Source of the DNA: Candidatus Aalborgicola bjergmarkensis
GTDB lineage: Bacteria > Pseudomonadota > Gammaproteobacteria > Burkholderiales > Burkholderiaceae_C
NCBI GenBank assembly: GCA_016708725.1
Contig: JADJFE010000002.1
Coordinates: forward strand, 150,505-214,504
Direction: 5' to 3'
DNA: 64,000 bases
The notes beneath the pieces were generated by a model, which saw only the letters and a program-made list of their open reading frames with translations, did no database searches and was not told the origin of the DNA. The position numbers were made by a program, and so were the translations under genes. Below are positions 40,626 to 54,045 of this stretch, piece after piece (positions within the stretch are counted from its first letter, which is position 1; each line of letters begins with the position of its first letter).

Positions 40626-42148
40626 AAACACCCAAGATCGGCTCCGAGTATGACGGCTTCATGCTGGAAGAGCACATGTACTCGGGTGGTATCTCCGATA
40701 TCTACCATGTGCGGCCTAACCCAAAAAAGCCGGATCCGGGGTTTGCGCTGGTGATGAAAATTCCGTGCGCGTCCACGGGCGACTCAGCGGAAAACATGGT
40801 GCATTTCGAAGTCGAATGCCAGATCATGTCGGTACTGCAAGGTAGCCATGTGCCGCGCTTTGTCGCAGCCGGTGATTTGCAGCGTGAACCCTATTTGCTC
40901 ATGGAGTACGTCAACGGCCAGACCCTGCAACGCAAGCTCAATACAAAAGTACTCCCCAGCGTGCAAGAGGTAGCCAGGCTGGGGGCGAGCATGGCGCGCG
41001 CCGTGCATGCTGTACACCAGCAAAACACCGTGCATTCCGGGCTCAATCCCGCCAGGGTGTTGTTCCGCCCCGATGGCAGCACCGTGCTACTGGGCTTTGG
41101 CCGGGCGTGCCATGCCCATTACCCCGACTTGCTGGCCGGACGCTTACCCAAGCCCACGGGGGCAACGGCCTGGCTTGCTCCCGAGCAGATCGTGGGGGTA
41201 CGCGGTGATGCGCGCAGCGATGTTTTCACGTTGGGTGTCATGCTCTATGTGTTGTGTACCGGACAGCTGCCCTTTGGCATTGCGCAAACCCCGCTGGATT
41301 TGCGCCAGCGCCCCTGGCTCAAACCGATACCGCTGCGCAAGTTGCGGCCCGAGTTGCCTGAATGGCTGCAGGAGGTCGTGCTACGTTGCCTGGAGCGACA
41401 TGCTGAGAACCGTTACGCGTCGGCCGCACTTTTGAGCTTTGACCTCTTGCACCCGAATCAGGTTGCCATCACCGGACGCGGCCGCAAGATCACCAAAAGC
41501 CAGTTTGGCAACTATTTCAAACGTTGGCTTGGCACCATCGGCGTGCTGCGCTACCGGCCCAGCCCGCTTGTCACACACCCCGTGGAGAACACCCCGATTG
41601 CGATGGTGGCCGTTCCCTACTCCAACGTGACCGATGCCACGCTGTATTCGCTGCGCGATGCAGTGACCCGTTTGCTGGGAACCTTGCCCGATGCCCGGCT
41701 GTCCTGCGTGACCGTCATCGCGCCCACCCACCATGGCCGCACGCCCAGCATATCCGTCGTATCCGGGGAAGAGAGTACCGCCAGCAATGCGTACCGGCGC
41801 CACCTGGCGACCCTGCAGCGCTGGGCGCAGGCGCTGAATACTCCCGGCCGCCAGATTTCATACCACGTGCTGGAGTCGGGTGATGTAGCGCAAGCCTTGC
41901 TCAACTACGCAGCAGGCAACCATGTAGGCGTCATTGTCATGGGTGCGTCCACCCACGGACGCAAGACCCAGCGTTTGTTAACTACCGTGCCAATCAAGGT
42001 TGCCATGTCTGCCCCTTGCACCGTTATCCTGGTCAAACCGTCCTTGCCCTCCGGTCTGCTGTTGAGTGAGCAACCCGTGGAGGAAGCATCGGGCAGGGTT
42101 GCTACCGACCCGTCGTTGTACGGCGATGACCTGGGACCCTTGGGGTAA
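40622..42148 (+). CDS. Ser/Thr kinase-like + universal stress protein (UspA) fusion; catalytic motifs degenerate
   Basis: [19 protein letters not shown] kinase scaffold; HSGLNPAR and LGFG replace HxDLKPxN and DFG; C-terminal IVMGAS.HG UspA motif. Confidence 0.85.
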   Translation: MKTPKIGSEYDGFMLEEHMYSGGISDIYHVRPNPKKPDPGFALVMKIPCASTGDSAENMVHFEVECQIMSVLQGSHVPRFVAAGDLQREPYLLMEYVNGQTLQRKLNTKVLPSVQEVARLGASMARAVHAVHQQNTVHSGLNPARVLFRPDGSTVLLGFGRACHAHYPDLLAGRLPKPTGATAWLAPEQIVGVRGDARSDVFTLGVMLYVLCTGQLPFGIAQTPLDLRQRPWLKPIPLRKLRPELPEWLQEVVLRCLERHAENRYASAALLSFDLLHPNQVAITGRGRKITKSQFGNYFKRWLGTIGVLRYRPSPLVTHPVENTPIAMVAVPYSNVTDATLYSLRDAVTRLLGTLPDARLSCVTVIAPTHHGRTPSISVVSGEESTASNAYRRHLATLQRWAQALNTPGRQISYHVLESGDVAQALLNYAAGNHVGVIVMGASTHGRKTQRLLTTVPIKVAMSAPCTVILVKPSLPSGLLLSEQPVEEASGRVATDPSLYGDDLGPLG

Positions 42149-42164
42149 TCAAACAGTAAGTTCC

Positions 42165-43226
42165 ATGAGCATTCAGACCGACGATTTTTCCGCGCCACCT
42201 GCCAAACGCACCGTGTCTGCGCAACCGGCCTCGCCCAACGAGGTGGCGCTGGAACGCGCCTTGCGGCCCAAGCTGCTTGACGAGTATGTGGGACAGGTCA
42301 AGATCCGCGAACAACTGGAAATCTTTGTCAGTGCTGCCAGAATGCGCAACGAAGCGCTGGACCATGTACTACTGTTTGGTCCTCCGGGTCTGGGGAAAAC
42401 CACGCTGAGCCATATCGTTGCCGCCGAACTGGGTGTCAAACTGCGCCAGACCAGCGGGCCGGTGCTGGAAAAGCCCAAAGACCTCGCGGCGCTGTTGACG
42501 AATCTGGAAAAAAACGATGTGCTCTTTATTGATGAAATCCATCGTTTAAGTCCCGTGGTGGAAGAAATCTTGTACCCGGCGCTGGAAGACTACAAGATTG
42601 ACATCATGATCGGCGAGGGGCCGGCCGCGCGCAGTATCAAGCTGGACTTGCAACCCTTTACGCTGGTGGGTGCCACCACACGTGCCGGCATGCTCACCAA
42701 CCCCTTGCGTGACCGCTTTGGTATCGTGGCGCGGCTGGAGTTTTATACCCCTGAAGAACTGTTGCGCATCGTCACGCGTAGCGCCGGACTGCTCAAGGTG
42801 CCCATGGATGCCGACGGCGGTTTTGAAATCGCCCGGCGCTCACGCGGCACGCCACGCATTGCCAACCGTCTGTTGCGCCGGGTACGCGACTTTGCCGACG
42901 TCAAGGGCAAAGGCCACATCAGCCTGGATATTGCCAGCCGTGCGCTGGCCATGCTGGACGTGGACCCCATGGGGTTTGATCTGATGGACCGCAAACTGCT
43001 GGAGGCTGTCATCCTGCGTTTTGATGGCGGCCCGGTAGGTCTGGACAACATTGCCGCCAGCATTGGCGAGGAGCGCGAAACCATCGAGGATGTGATCGAG
43101 CCTTACCTGATCCAGCAAGGCTTTTTGCAACGCACCCCGCGCGGGCGCATCGCCACGCTGGCGGCTTACCAGCACCTGGGTGTGGCACCCAAAAGCACGA
43201 CCGCCGATTTGTTTACGGCTGGCTAA
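42165..43226 (+). CDS. ruvB: Holliday junction branch migration helicase
   Basis: [42 protein letters not shown]. Confidence 0.98.
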   Translation: MSIQTDDFSAPPAKRTVSAQPASPNEVALERALRPKLLDEYVGQVKIREQLEIFVSAARMRNEALDHVLLFGPPGLGKTTLSHIVAAELGVKLRQTSGPVLEKPKDLAALLTNLEKNDVLFIDEIHRLSPVVEEILYPALEDYKIDIMIGEGPAARSIKLDLQPFTLVGATTRAGMLTNPLRDRFGIVARLEFYTPEELLRIVTRSAGLLKVPMDADGGFEIARRSRGTPRIANRLLRRVRDFADVKGKGHISLDIASRALAMLDVDPMGFDLMDRKLLEAVILRFDGGPVGLDNIAASIGEERETIEDVIEPYLIQQGFLQRTPRGRIATLAAYQHLGVAPKSTTADLFTAG

Positions 43227-43250
43227 ACGCAATGAACACAACCATGGTGT

Positions 43251-43811
43251 TCATGGTGAGGTAGGCAGCGCCGTAGCGCGGTGATTGGCTTGTTCCTTGA
43301 GGCGCTTGTCGCGCTCCAGACGGCGTTGGATCAGGGCTGCCTGCTTTGCCTGGTAGTCCGCACGATTCTGGGCAATGGTGGAGGCATCCAGGCCCGCAGG
43401 CACCTTGGCTGTGGAAAGCTTCGGACTGGCCGGGGATAACGGGTGGCGTTTTTCCTGCGGGGATTTGGGGTGCTCGGCTGACTGGCGCTGCCGCTCCCAA
43501 TCGTCCAGCTTGTCCTGGCTGCGCAGCAGTTGCTGCGCGCCTTTCTGATGCCGCTGTGCATCGTCGAGTTGCACCTCCTGGTTTTTCAGATCGGACAGCA
43601 TTTGCCGACGGCGCACGGCCACGGTGTTCTGGCAATCGGTCACGGCGAATCTGGATTGGCACTGTGCATCCTGCGCGTCGAATTCCGCCATTTTCTGCTG
43701 ACGCAAAGTGGCAATGCTCTGGCGTGTGGTTGTTGATTCTTCCTGGGCCTGTGCCACAGGGGCCAGCAGGGCCAGGGCGGCGGCCATGCACAGCCCGGTC
43801 ATGTTGATCAT
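43251..43811 (-). CDS. Hypothetical exported coiled-coil protein
   Basis: Signal peptide; CQSRFAVTDC motif; ATGA overlap with the zapE stop. Confidence 0.7.
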   Translation of the reverse strand: MINMTGLCMAAALALLAPVAQAQEESTTTRQSIATLRQQKMAEFDAQDAQCQSRFAVTDCQNTVAVRRRQMLSDLKNQEVQLDDAQRHQKGAQQLLRSQDKLDDWERQRQSAEHPKSPQEKRHPLSPASPKLSTAKVPAGLDASTIAQNRADYQAKQAALIQRRLERDKRLKEQANHRATALPTSP

Positions 43812-44905
43812 GTCAGACCCGTATCCACCACGCGCCGCTCCTGCGCCAGATACTCGTGCGACTGCATCTCCACCAGACGCGAGACGGTGCGGGCAAATTC
43901 GTGCGCCATGGGGCCTTGGGTATAGAGGTCTTCCGGCGCCACCTGGGCCGAGAGCACCAGCTTGACGCGCCGGTCGTATAACACATCGACCAGCCAGGTA
44001 AAGCGGCGCGCCTCGGAAGCCATGCGCACGCCCATGTGCGGGACATCGCTGAGGAAAACCGTGTGGAACAGCGACGCAATTTCCAGGTAATCGTTTTGCG
44101 AACGCGGCCCGCCGCACAGGGTTTTGAAATCAAACCATACCATGCCACCGGCGCGGCGGCGGGCACGGATCTGGCGTGCTTCGATATGCAGCAAGGGGTC
44201 CTGGTCGTGCGAAGCCGCCAGCACATTGAACGCCTGCTCCATGGCCGAATCCGCATCACTTCCGTTGGGAACATGGTAGACCTGCAGGCTGTCGAGGGTC
44301 TGGCGGCGGTAGTCGGTGCCGTTATCGACATTGATGACTTCCAGTTGCGCGTTGAGCAAGGCTATCGCTGGCAGGATACGGTTGCGGTGCAAGCCGCCGG
44401 GGTACAGGTCGTCGGGGCGGAAATTGGAAGTCGTGACAAAACCGACGCCGTGGGCAAACATGGCATCCAGCACGCGATGCAGGATCATGGCATCGGTGAT
44501 GTCGGCCACATGGAACTCGTCAAAACAGATCAGACGAAAGCGTTTGGCCATGTGCTTGACCAGGGCATCCAGCGGATTGACGGTGCCTTGCAAACGGGCC
44601 AGTTCCCGGTGCACTTCACGCATAAACTCGTGAAAATGCAAGCGTGTCTTGCGTTTGAGCGGCACGGCGTTATAAAAGCAGTCCAGCAGGAAACTCTTGC
44701 CCCGCCCTACCCCGCCGTACATATACACGCCACGCGGGATTTCAGGGTGGTTGATCAGTTTCTTGAAAGCGTTGGAGCGTTTGAGCTTGAACGTGGCCCA
44801 TTCGCCGGCGCAGCGCTCCAGCGCATCAATGGCCCGTAACTGCGCGGGGTCGGCTACATGACCACGACTAAACAGTTCAGCCTCGTAGGTTTGTTTGACG
44901 TTCAC
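43808..44905 (-). CDS. zapE: AFG1-family ATPase (cell division protein ZapE)
   Basis: GVYMYGGVGRGKS, ICFDEF, TTSNF.P..LY, ARRFTWLVD, RTVSRL.EMQ. Confidence 0.93.
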   Translation of the reverse strand: MNVKQTYEAELFSRGHVADPAQLRAIDALERCAGEWATFKLKRSNAFKKLINHPEIPRGVYMYGGVGRGKSFLLDCFYNAVPLKRKTRLHFHEFMREVHRELARLQGTVNPLDALVKHMAKRFRLICFDEFHVADITDAMILHRVLDAMFAHGVGFVTTSNFRPDDLYPGGLHRNRILPAIALLNAQLEVINVDNGTDYRRQTLDSLQVYHVPNGSDADSAMEQAFNVLAASHDQDPLLHIEARQIRARRRAGGMVWFDFKTLCGGPRSQNDYLEIASLFHTVFLSDVPHMGVRMASEARRFTWLVDVLYDRRVKLVLSAQVAPEDLYTQGPMAHEFARTVSRLVEMQSHEYLAQERRVVDTGLT

Positions 44906-45041
44906 GCCGATGCCTCGCAATTTACTATTAAATAAGTAGCTGTTCTCGCACATTCCATGCGGGTTTCAGCCAATTTTACCCTGAGTTTATAGGGTCACCA
45001 TGTCCCCGATAGAATCCGGTAGCTGTCAAAAGGAAAAAACC

Positions 45042-45653
45042 ATGTCCCACCACGATGCGCTGGCCATTGTCACGCCTGAGGAGGCTATCGAGCGGCTCCA
45101 GCAAGGAAACGAACGATTTTTGAGCGGAAAAACTAACCACCCGCACATCGCCCGCAAGTGGCTGGAGGAAACCTGTGAAGAAGGCCAGCATCCTTTTGCA
45201 ACCGTCATTGCCTGTTCCGATTCGCGTGTGCCCGTGGAGGAAGTGTTCGACCAGGGCGTTGGCGATATTTTTACCATCCGCGTGGCTGGTAACGTGGTGC
45301 ATGCCGACGAAACCGGCAGCGCCGAATACAGCGCAGCACACCTGGGCACGCCGTTGATCGTCGTCATGGGACACACCAAATGCGGTGCGGTTACGGCTGT
45401 TGTGCATAAAGACAAACTCGAAGGCAACATCCATAAACTTGTTCACAATATTGCCTCGGTCGTCAAACGCTCCAGGGCCAAAGGATTCAAGGGAGACGCG
45501 CTGATTGACGATGCAATCCGTGAAAATGTCCAGGAATCCATCAACGGTCTGCTCAAGGGCAGCACAGAGATTCTCCGGCTCGTCGTTGAGGGCAAGGTAA
45601 AAATTGTCGGTGCGATTTACCACCTGGAAAACGGTCGGGTAGAGTGGATATAA
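45042..45653 (+). CDS. Beta-class carbonic anhydrase
   Basis: IACSDSRVP, IRVAGN, VMGHTKCGAV zinc ligands. Confidence 0.93.
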   Translation: MSHHDALAIVTPEEAIERLQQGNERFLSGKTNHPHIARKWLEETCEEGQHPFATVIACSDSRVPVEEVFDQGVGDIFTIRVAGNVVHADETGSAEYSAAHLGTPLIVVMGHTKCGAVTAVVHKDKLEGNIHKLVHNIASVVKRSRAKGFKGDALIDDAIRENVQESINGLLKGSTEILRLVVEGKVKIVGAIYHLENGRVEWI

Positions 45654-47737
45654 CCCGTCGCTTTCCCTTCCTGACGTCCATGCCGCATGGAAGCCCGCAA
45701 AGTTACGTGCTGACGCTTGCGTTGATGGGTCTTGCCCTGTGGGTGCGCCTGGCAATTGCACCTGTCAATGCCGGGTTGCAGTATGTGACATTCTTTCCCG
45801 CCGTCACCATCGCGGCCATTACCGGGGGACACCGGGCAGGATTGCTTGCCACCGCCGTGGGGCTGGTGTTCGCCACGTACATCTTCACACCGCCCTACTA
45901 CTCCCTATCCATAGAAGTATTGGTGGCCAGCGCGTGGTCGAACTTGGTATTCCTCATGGATGGGATCATCATTTCTTATGCCATCGAAGCCATGCACCGG
46001 TACCGCCAGCGTTATGCGTTGGAATTGCAACAATCCAGGGATGCACATGCGGCGCTGGAAGAAAGCACACAGTACCTGAAAACCATCATCGACAACCTGT
46101 TTACCTACGTTGCCTTGCTGGATGTGCATGGCGTCGTTCAGGAAGTCAATAAAGCCCCCCTTGAACGGGGCGGATATTGCCGTAAGGATGTGATTGGCAA
46201 GTTTTTCTACGACACGCCGTGGTGGACGCATGACCAGACGGTGCGCGCGCAATTGATGGCGGCCATGGAAGCGGCCAGGCAGGGACAGACGCGACGCCGT
46301 GATCTGGTGGTACGCATGGGCGATGACCTCGTTCCTATCGACTTCCAGATTTCGCCGGTACGCGATGGCGATGGCCGGGTTGTGGGGTTACTGCCAACGG
46401 GAGTGGATATTTCTGAGCGTAAGCAGATGGAAGCAACGTTGCTGCAGAGTGAAGCCACGCTGGAACAATTCAAATTCACCCTGGATCACACGCAGGATGG
46501 GGTGCTCATTTTTCTTCCCACCACCTTGCGTTTCATCTACACGAACCATGGTGCCAAACGGCAAGTGGGTTATAGCGCAGAGGAGTTGCTGCAGATGACG
46601 CCGCTGGACATCAAGCCGGGATTTAGCGAGCAGCGCTTTCGTGCCATGCTGGAACCGCTGCTGGATGGCAGTCTGCAGGTGCGATCCTTTGAAACCGTCC
46701 ATCGTCACAAGGATGGACACGATATTCCCGTGGAGATCGTGCTGCAACTGGTGCAACGGGTTGACCTGGAGTCGCGCTTTGTCGCTTTTTCGCGTGACAT
46801 TTCCGAACGCAAGCGAGTCGAGACAGAACTCCGTATTGCAGCCGCTGCCTTCGAATCACAAGAAAGCATCATGGTGACCGATGCCAATTGCGTCATTTTG
46901 CGCATCAACACGGCATTCACCAGGACCACGGGCTACACAGCGAAGGAAGTTATTGGCCAATCGCCGCGCATCGTGCAATCCGGTCGCCACGATACGGCCT
47001 TTTATGCTTTGATGTGGGAAAGCATCAACCGCACGGGTAGCTGGGAGGGAGAAATATGGAATCGGCACAAGGATGGCACGATTCACCCCAAATGGCTTTC
47101 GATTACGGCAGTGAAATCGGATGACGGCACGGTGACCCACTACGTCGGGGCCGAAACAGACATCACGCAGCGCAAGGAAATTGAAGATGCCGTACGCTAT
47201 CTGGCGTCTTATGACCCGCTCACCAAACTGCCGAACCGCCGCCTGCTCTGTGACCGATTGGGCCTGGCCATGGCCGCCAGCAAGCGCAACGGTTTGCATG
47301 GCGCGCTGATTTTTCTCGATCTGGACAATTTCAAGCCACTGAATGATACGCACGGGCATGAAGTGGGCGATTCGCTGTTGCTGGAGGCTGCGAATCGGCT
47401 CAAGAGCTGCATCCGGGAGACAGACACGGCCGCGCGCTTTGGTGGCGATGAGTTCGTGGTGGTGCTCGGTGAGCTGAATACAGCCAGGGACAAGTCGATA
47501 GAGCAAGCCATGTCCGTTGCGGAAAAGATCCGCAGCAAGTTATCAGAGCCTTATTTTCTGACCATCAAGCGTGTGGGTTTGGATGAGGCCAAAACCGTTG
47601 AACACCATTGCTCGGCAAGCATCGGTGTGACGGTGTTTACCAATCACGCCATCAGCCAGGAAGACATCATGAAGCAGGCGGACCTGGCCATGTACCAAGC
47701 CAAGGAAGCGGGACGCAATCTGATCCGGTTTTTATAG
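45644..47737 (+). CDS. DUF4118 membrane sensor-PAS-GGDEF diguanylate cyclase
   Basis: N-terminal TMs, three PAS units, YDPLTKLPNRR, RFGGDEF. Confidence 0.9.
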   Translation: MDITRRFPFLTSMPHGSPQSYVLTLALMGLALWVRLAIAPVNAGLQYVTFFPAVTIAAITGGHRAGLLATAVGLVFATYIFTPPYYSLSIEVLVASAWSNLVFLMDGIIISYAIEAMHRYRQRYALELQQSRDAHAALEESTQYLKTIIDNLFTYVALLDVHGVVQEVNKAPLERGGYCRKDVIGKFFYDTPWWTHDQTVRAQLMAAMEAARQGQTRRRDLVVRMGDDLVPIDFQISPVRDGDGRVVGLLPTGVDISERKQMEATLLQSEATLEQFKFTLDHTQDGVLIFLPTTLRFIYTNHGAKRQVGYSAEELLQMTPLDIKPGFSEQRFRAMLEPLLDGSLQVRSFETVHRHKDGHDIPVEIVLQLVQRVDLESRFVAFSRDISERKRVETELRIAAAAFESQESIMVTDANCVILRINTAFTRTTGYTAKEVIGQSPRIVQSGRHDTAFYALMWESINRTGSWEGEIWNRHKDGTIHPKWLSITAVKSDDGTVTHYVGAETDITQRKEIEDAVRYLASYDPLTKLPNRRLLCDRLGLAMAASKRNGLHGALIFLDLDNFKPLNDTHGHEVGDSLLLEAANRLKSCIRETDTAARFGGDEFVVVLGELNTARDKSIEQAMSVAEKIRSKLSEPYFLTIKRVGLDEAKTVEHHCSASIGVTVFTNHAISQEDIMKQADLAMYQAKEAGRNLIRFL

Positions 47738-47784
47738 CTGCTTGCGCACGCGGGACGGGCGAAAGAGCGTATTTTGGCATATAC

Positions 47785-49730
47785 CCGACATTCCGCACCC
47801 CATTTTTTCATTTGGCAATTTTTTTTGACCGAGTGCATCAAAAGCAGCCAGGTTGGTTGTGAACAAAAGGAGAATCGGCCAACTATCAGAAATTGCTTAA
47901 CGCCACTCGGATGAAGTACGGGGATGAGTCTACGCGTCAAATCGGTTTACATGAGCCGCAATTGAGTAAGCTTGATAGATGTTTTACTTTTGCCGTGCAC
48001 TACTCCGTCATGAGCAGTAAAGAGACCATTAGCACTCAATATGCCAGTTACAACCTTGACCATTTCGGGATGGTTGCAGGCATGGTTGATGAACTGGGCA
48101 TAGTTGAAACGATTGACACATTGATCGTCCAGGATTTTGATCAACGCCTTGTTTCTGTTGGAACTTTGGTCAAGGCAATGATATTAAATGGCCTTGGCTA
48201 TATCAACCGAACCCTGTATCTGATGCCTGATTTTTTCAGGGACAAGCCGGTTGAGCGGTTGCTCGGACAGGGGATAACGGCAGAGCAACTCAACGACGAT
48301 GCCTTGGGGCGCGCACTGGATTCAATTTTTGATTATGGTGTAGAGAGCCTGTATTCCCAGGTGGCGGCATCAGCGATGAACAGGTTGGGTCTGCTGTGCC
48401 CGGAAGGACATCTGGATTCAACCAGTTTTCATACTGATGGCAAGTACAACAGCGAAGCCGAATCCACGGAAGGTGTGATTCAGATCACGAAAGGCTACAG
48501 TCGCGACCATCGCCCCGATCTGAATCAAGTGGTGTTGCAAATGATCACTGATGGTCAGGCGGGTATTCCGATATTGATGCAGCCATTGAGCGGCAATAAC
48601 AGTGATCAAAACAGCTTTCGTGCGACTGTTGACGAGCATATTAAACACTTGAATGCTGACTTTGGCATGAAACTGATTGTGGCCGATAGCGCCCTGTTCA
48701 ATGAGAAAAGTCTTGCAAAACTGGGGCGCTTTCCCTGGGTCAGTCGAGTGCCAGAAACGATTACAGCGGCCAAAGAACTGATCAAGGCAACAGCCGAGGC
48801 TTTGATGCAAACAGGGCAGGAGCAAGCCCATTGTTCACTGGGTGTAGTCTACGCAAAAATCAAACAACGCTGGTTGGTTGTATACAGTGAAGCCGCTCGA
48901 CATCGTGTGCAGAAAACGCTGTGCCGACAGCACCTGAAGCAAAGTAGCGCCAAGCTCAAGGCATTCGATCAATTGTGTAGGCAATCCTTCAATTGCACGG
49001 AGGATGCACAAGCTGCTTTGGCCAAATTTGAAAAAGGTCTGAGTCTGATGTTTGTCAGTGAAAGCCAGATCAAGCAAATTCCCCAGTACAAAGACAAGGG
49101 CCGTCCCCGCAAAGACCAGACCCCGGATAGCTACATTTATCAGATAGAAGGCCAGCTAGCCTGCAAGCCTGATGTTCACAACCAGAAGTTACTGCAGAAA
49201 AGCTGCTTCATTCTTGCCACCAATCAACTTGATGAGCTGTCCCTAAGCGATGCGTATCTTATTGAAGCGTATAAGAAAGATCAACAAAAGGTAGAGCGAG
49301 GCTTTCGTTTCCTGAAAGATCCACGCTTCATGGCATCCACGCTGTTTCTAAAATCTCCCACGCGAATCATGGCATTGATGATGGTGATGACGCTTTGCTT
49401 GATGGTCTATGCCGCCCTTGAGTGGCGTATCCGCCAGTCCCTCAAGGAGAGTCAGAAGACCTTCCCCAGCCAACAGGCAGTGGCGAACAACAAGCCAACC
49501 GCCCGCTGGGTGTTCCAGTGCTTTTCTGGCATTCATCTGCTGAAAATCGGGGAAGGACATGCGCGTGTTTTAAATCTGAACAAGCATCACAGATCTTTGT
49601 TGACATTGCTCGGCAAACAATACGTCGCCATATATGCCGACACGGGATAGGCAATTAACACATGAGAAGTTGATCCGCAAAGGCGGTTCTAACAAATCGC
49701 GGAATTTCGAAGGGGGGTGCGGAATGTCGG
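47785..49730 (+). mobile_element. Intact IS1634-family insertion sequence
   Basis: 17-bp inverted ends CCGACATTCCGCACCCC / GGGGTGCGGAATGTCGG; 6-bp duplication ATATAC (47779-47784, 49731-49736). Confidence 0.93.
48010..49650 (+). CDS. IS1634-family transposase
   Basis: HLDSTSF, GYSRDHRPDLNQ, VADSAL, VERGFRFLKDP. Confidence 0.92.
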   Translation: MSSKETISTQYASYNLDHFGMVAGMVDELGIVETIDTLIVQDFDQRLVSVGTLVKAMILNGLGYINRTLYLMPDFFRDKPVERLLGQGITAEQLNDDALGRALDSIFDYGVESLYSQVAASAMNRLGLLCPEGHLDSTSFHTDGKYNSEAESTEGVIQITKGYSRDHRPDLNQVVLQMITDGQAGIPILMQPLSGNNSDQNSFRATVDEHIKHLNADFGMKLIVADSALFNEKSLAKLGRFPWVSRVPETITAAKELIKATAEALMQTGQEQAHCSLGVVYAKIKQRWLVVYSEAARHRVQKTLCRQHLKQSSAKLKAFDQLCRQSFNCTEDAQAALAKFEKGLSLMFVSESQIKQIPQYKDKGRPRKDQTPDSYIYQIEGQLACKPDVHNQKLLQKSCFILATNQLDELSLSDAYLIEAYKKDQQKVERGFRFLKDPRFMASTLFLKSPTRIMALMMVMTLCLMVYAALEWRIRQSLKESQKTFPSQQAVANNKPTARWVFQCFSGIHLLKIGEGHARVLNLNKHHRSLLTLLGKQYVAIYADTG

Positions 49731-49760
49731 ATATACCACTCGCGGCTTTAGCCAGACACC

Positions 49761-49805
49761 GTAGGTCGGGATTTATCCCGACAATCGGGTTGAAACCCGA
49801 CCTAC
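49761..49805. repeat. GTAG-family REP doublet (REPIN-like)
   Basis: GTAG-GTCGGG-ATTTAT-CCCGAC followed by inverted TCGGG-TTGAAA-CCCGA-CCTAC. Confidence 0.75.
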
Positions 49806-49853
49806 CTTGCGCTATTTTCAAAACCCGAGAATTGCACCGTGCGAGGCATATAA

Positions 49854-51986
<2,133 letters not shown>

Positions 51987-51998
51987 GAAGACCAGCCC

Positions 51999-53819
51999 AT
52001 GTCCGACGCCATCATCAACCGCCGCGACCTCGACTTCCAGCTTTTTGAGGTACTGGACACCGAAGCACTCACGGCCCACCCGCGCTTTGCCGAGCACAGC
52101 CGCGAGACTTTTACGGCGGTACTCGACACGGCACAAGCCATCGCCAGCGAAAAGTTTGCCCCGCACAACCGCAACGCCGATGAAAACGAGCCACACCTGG
52201 TAGATGGAAAAGTGCGCCTGACCCCCGAGGTTGCCGTAGCGCTGGAAGCCTTTGTGCAAGCGGGTTTCCTGGCGGCCAGCTATGACTTTGCGGAAGGTGG
52301 CATGCAGCTGCCTGCTGTGGTGTCGCAGGCGGCGATGTCGATCTTCGCCAGCGCCAACATGTCCACCACGGTCTACCCCCTGCTCAGCATGGGCAACGCC
52401 AGCGTGATCCACCGCTACGGTAGCGCGGAACAAAAAAAGACATACTGGGAGCCGCTGATGGCGGGGCGCTTCTTTGGCACCATGGCGCTGACCGAACCGC
52501 AGGCAGGCTCCGGCCTAGCCGACCTCAAAACCAGCGCCACACCCAACCCGGATGGCAGCTACGCCATACGAGGCAACAAAATCTTCATCTCCGCTGGCGA
52601 CCATGCCTTGAGCGACAACATCGTCCACCTGGTACTGGCGCGCATTGAAGGCGCACCGCCCGGCGTCAAGGGCATCTCGCTCTTCATCGTGCCCAAATTC
52701 CGCGTGCAAGCCGATGGCAGCCTGGGCGCACGCAACGATGTCGCGCTGACCGGACTCATCCACAAAATGGGCTGCCGGGGTGCGACTTCCACCATGCTGG
52801 CCTTCGGGGAAAACGGCGCGTGCCGGGGCGAGTTGGTGGGCGAGCCGCACAAGGGCCTGCGCTACATGTTCCACATGATGAACCAGATTCGCATCGGCAC
52901 GGGCATTGGCGCCGTCATGCTGGGGTATAGGGGCTACCAGGCATCGCTGGCCTACGCCAAAGAGCGCCTGCAAGGCCGCGCGCCCACCAGCAAGAATCCC
53001 GCCGAGCCACCGTTGCCCATCATCGAACACGGCGACGTGCGGCGCATGTTGCTGGCGCAAAAAGCTTATGTGGAAGGCGGCTACGCGCTGTGCCTGTACT
53101 GCGCCCAGCTGGTGGACACCCAGACCACCGGCGCAGACGAAACCGCCCGGCGCGAGGCTGGCATGCTGCTGGAACTGCTCACCCCCATCACCAAGTCCTG
53201 GCCCTCGCAATGGTGCCTGGAAGGCAACAGCCTGGCGATCCAGGTGCATGGCGGCTACGGCTACACCCGCGACTATCCCGTCGAGCAGTATTACCGCGAC
53301 AACCGGCTCAACGCCATCCACGAAGGCACCCACGGCATCCAGGCACTCGACCTGCTGGGCCGCAAGGCCTTCATGCACAACGGCGCTGCCAGCCAGCTGC
53401 TGGCGCGTGCCATCCAGCACACACTGGAACAGGCCGACGAAGCCGACAATGCGGCGGAGTTGCAGGAATTCACCACCGCTCTGGGGGCCGCACTCATGGA
53501 CATGGCCAGCACCTTGCAAACCTTGGGCGCCGCCCTGGCAAAGGAGCCCGAGCGGACCCTGGCCAACGCCAGCGTATTCCTCGAAGTCTGCGGCCATACC
53601 GTCATTGCCTGGATGTGGCTACGCCAAGCACTCGCCGCCCGCCGTGGCCTGGCGACGCATACCTCGACCGACAACGCCGCCGAGCAGGCCTTCTACCAGG
53701 GCAAACTCAGCACCTGCCGCTGGTTCTACCGCTGGGAATTACCCAAAACCCGCGCCTGGCACGCACTGCTGCGCAGCCTGGACGACACCGCACTGGCGAT
53801 GCCGGATGGTGGGTTTTGA
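51999..53819 (+). CDS. Acyl-CoA dehydrogenase (copy 1)
   Basis: TMALTEPQAGS, G.KIFIS.G, HKMG.RG, QVHGGYGY, IHEGTHGIQALDL. Confidence 0.95.
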   Translation: MSDAIINRRDLDFQLFEVLDTEALTAHPRFAEHSRETFTAVLDTAQAIASEKFAPHNRNADENEPHLVDGKVRLTPEVAVALEAFVQAGFLAASYDFAEGGMQLPAVVSQAAMSIFASANMSTTVYPLLSMGNASVIHRYGSAEQKKTYWEPLMAGRFFGTMALTEPQAGSGLADLKTSATPNPDGSYAIRGNKIFISAGDHALSDNIVHLVLARIEGAPPGVKGISLFIVPKFRVQADGSLGARNDVALTGLIHKMGCRGATSTMLAFGENGACRGELVGEPHKGLRYMFHMMNQIRIGTGIGAVMLGYRGYQASLAYAKERLQGRAPTSKNPAEPPLPIIEHGDVRRMLLAQKAYVEGGYALCLYCAQLVDTQTTGADETARREAGMLLELLTPITKSWPSQWCLEGNSLAIQVHGGYGYTRDYPVEQYYRDNRLNAIHEGTHGIQALDLLGRKAFMHNGAASQLLARAIQHTLEQADEADNAAELQEFTTALGAALMDMASTLQTLGAALAKEPERTLANASVFLEVCGHTVIAWMWLRQALAARRGLATHTSTDNAAEQAFYQGKLSTCRWFYRWELPKTRAWHALLRSLDDTALAMPDGGF

Positions 53820-53922
53820 AGCTGTGGGGGTGATCTGGGCGGTAAGCGCCGCGAGTGGCCGTTAGCGAACCTTGGGTAGCGTGGTGGTGCGGCCTTGGTT
53901 GGCTGGCGCGTGTGGCCGATGT

Positions 53923-54019
53923 GTACAACGTGGAGCTAAGCCGACCGGTGCCGCCACTTACCTCAAACAAAAACCATAAAAACGACGGCACCAAGTCGGC
54001 CTTGAGTGACCAGTTAGCA
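53923..54019 (-). other. attC site (terminal), array 1
   Basis: Minus strand TGCTAAC...GCCGACTTGGTGCCG / CGGCACCGGTCGGC...CAC-GTTGTAC; palindromic; follows the ORF stop by about 26 bp. Confidence 0.8.
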
Positions 54020-54045
54020 CCTACTATTGGCTATAAGTATCATAC

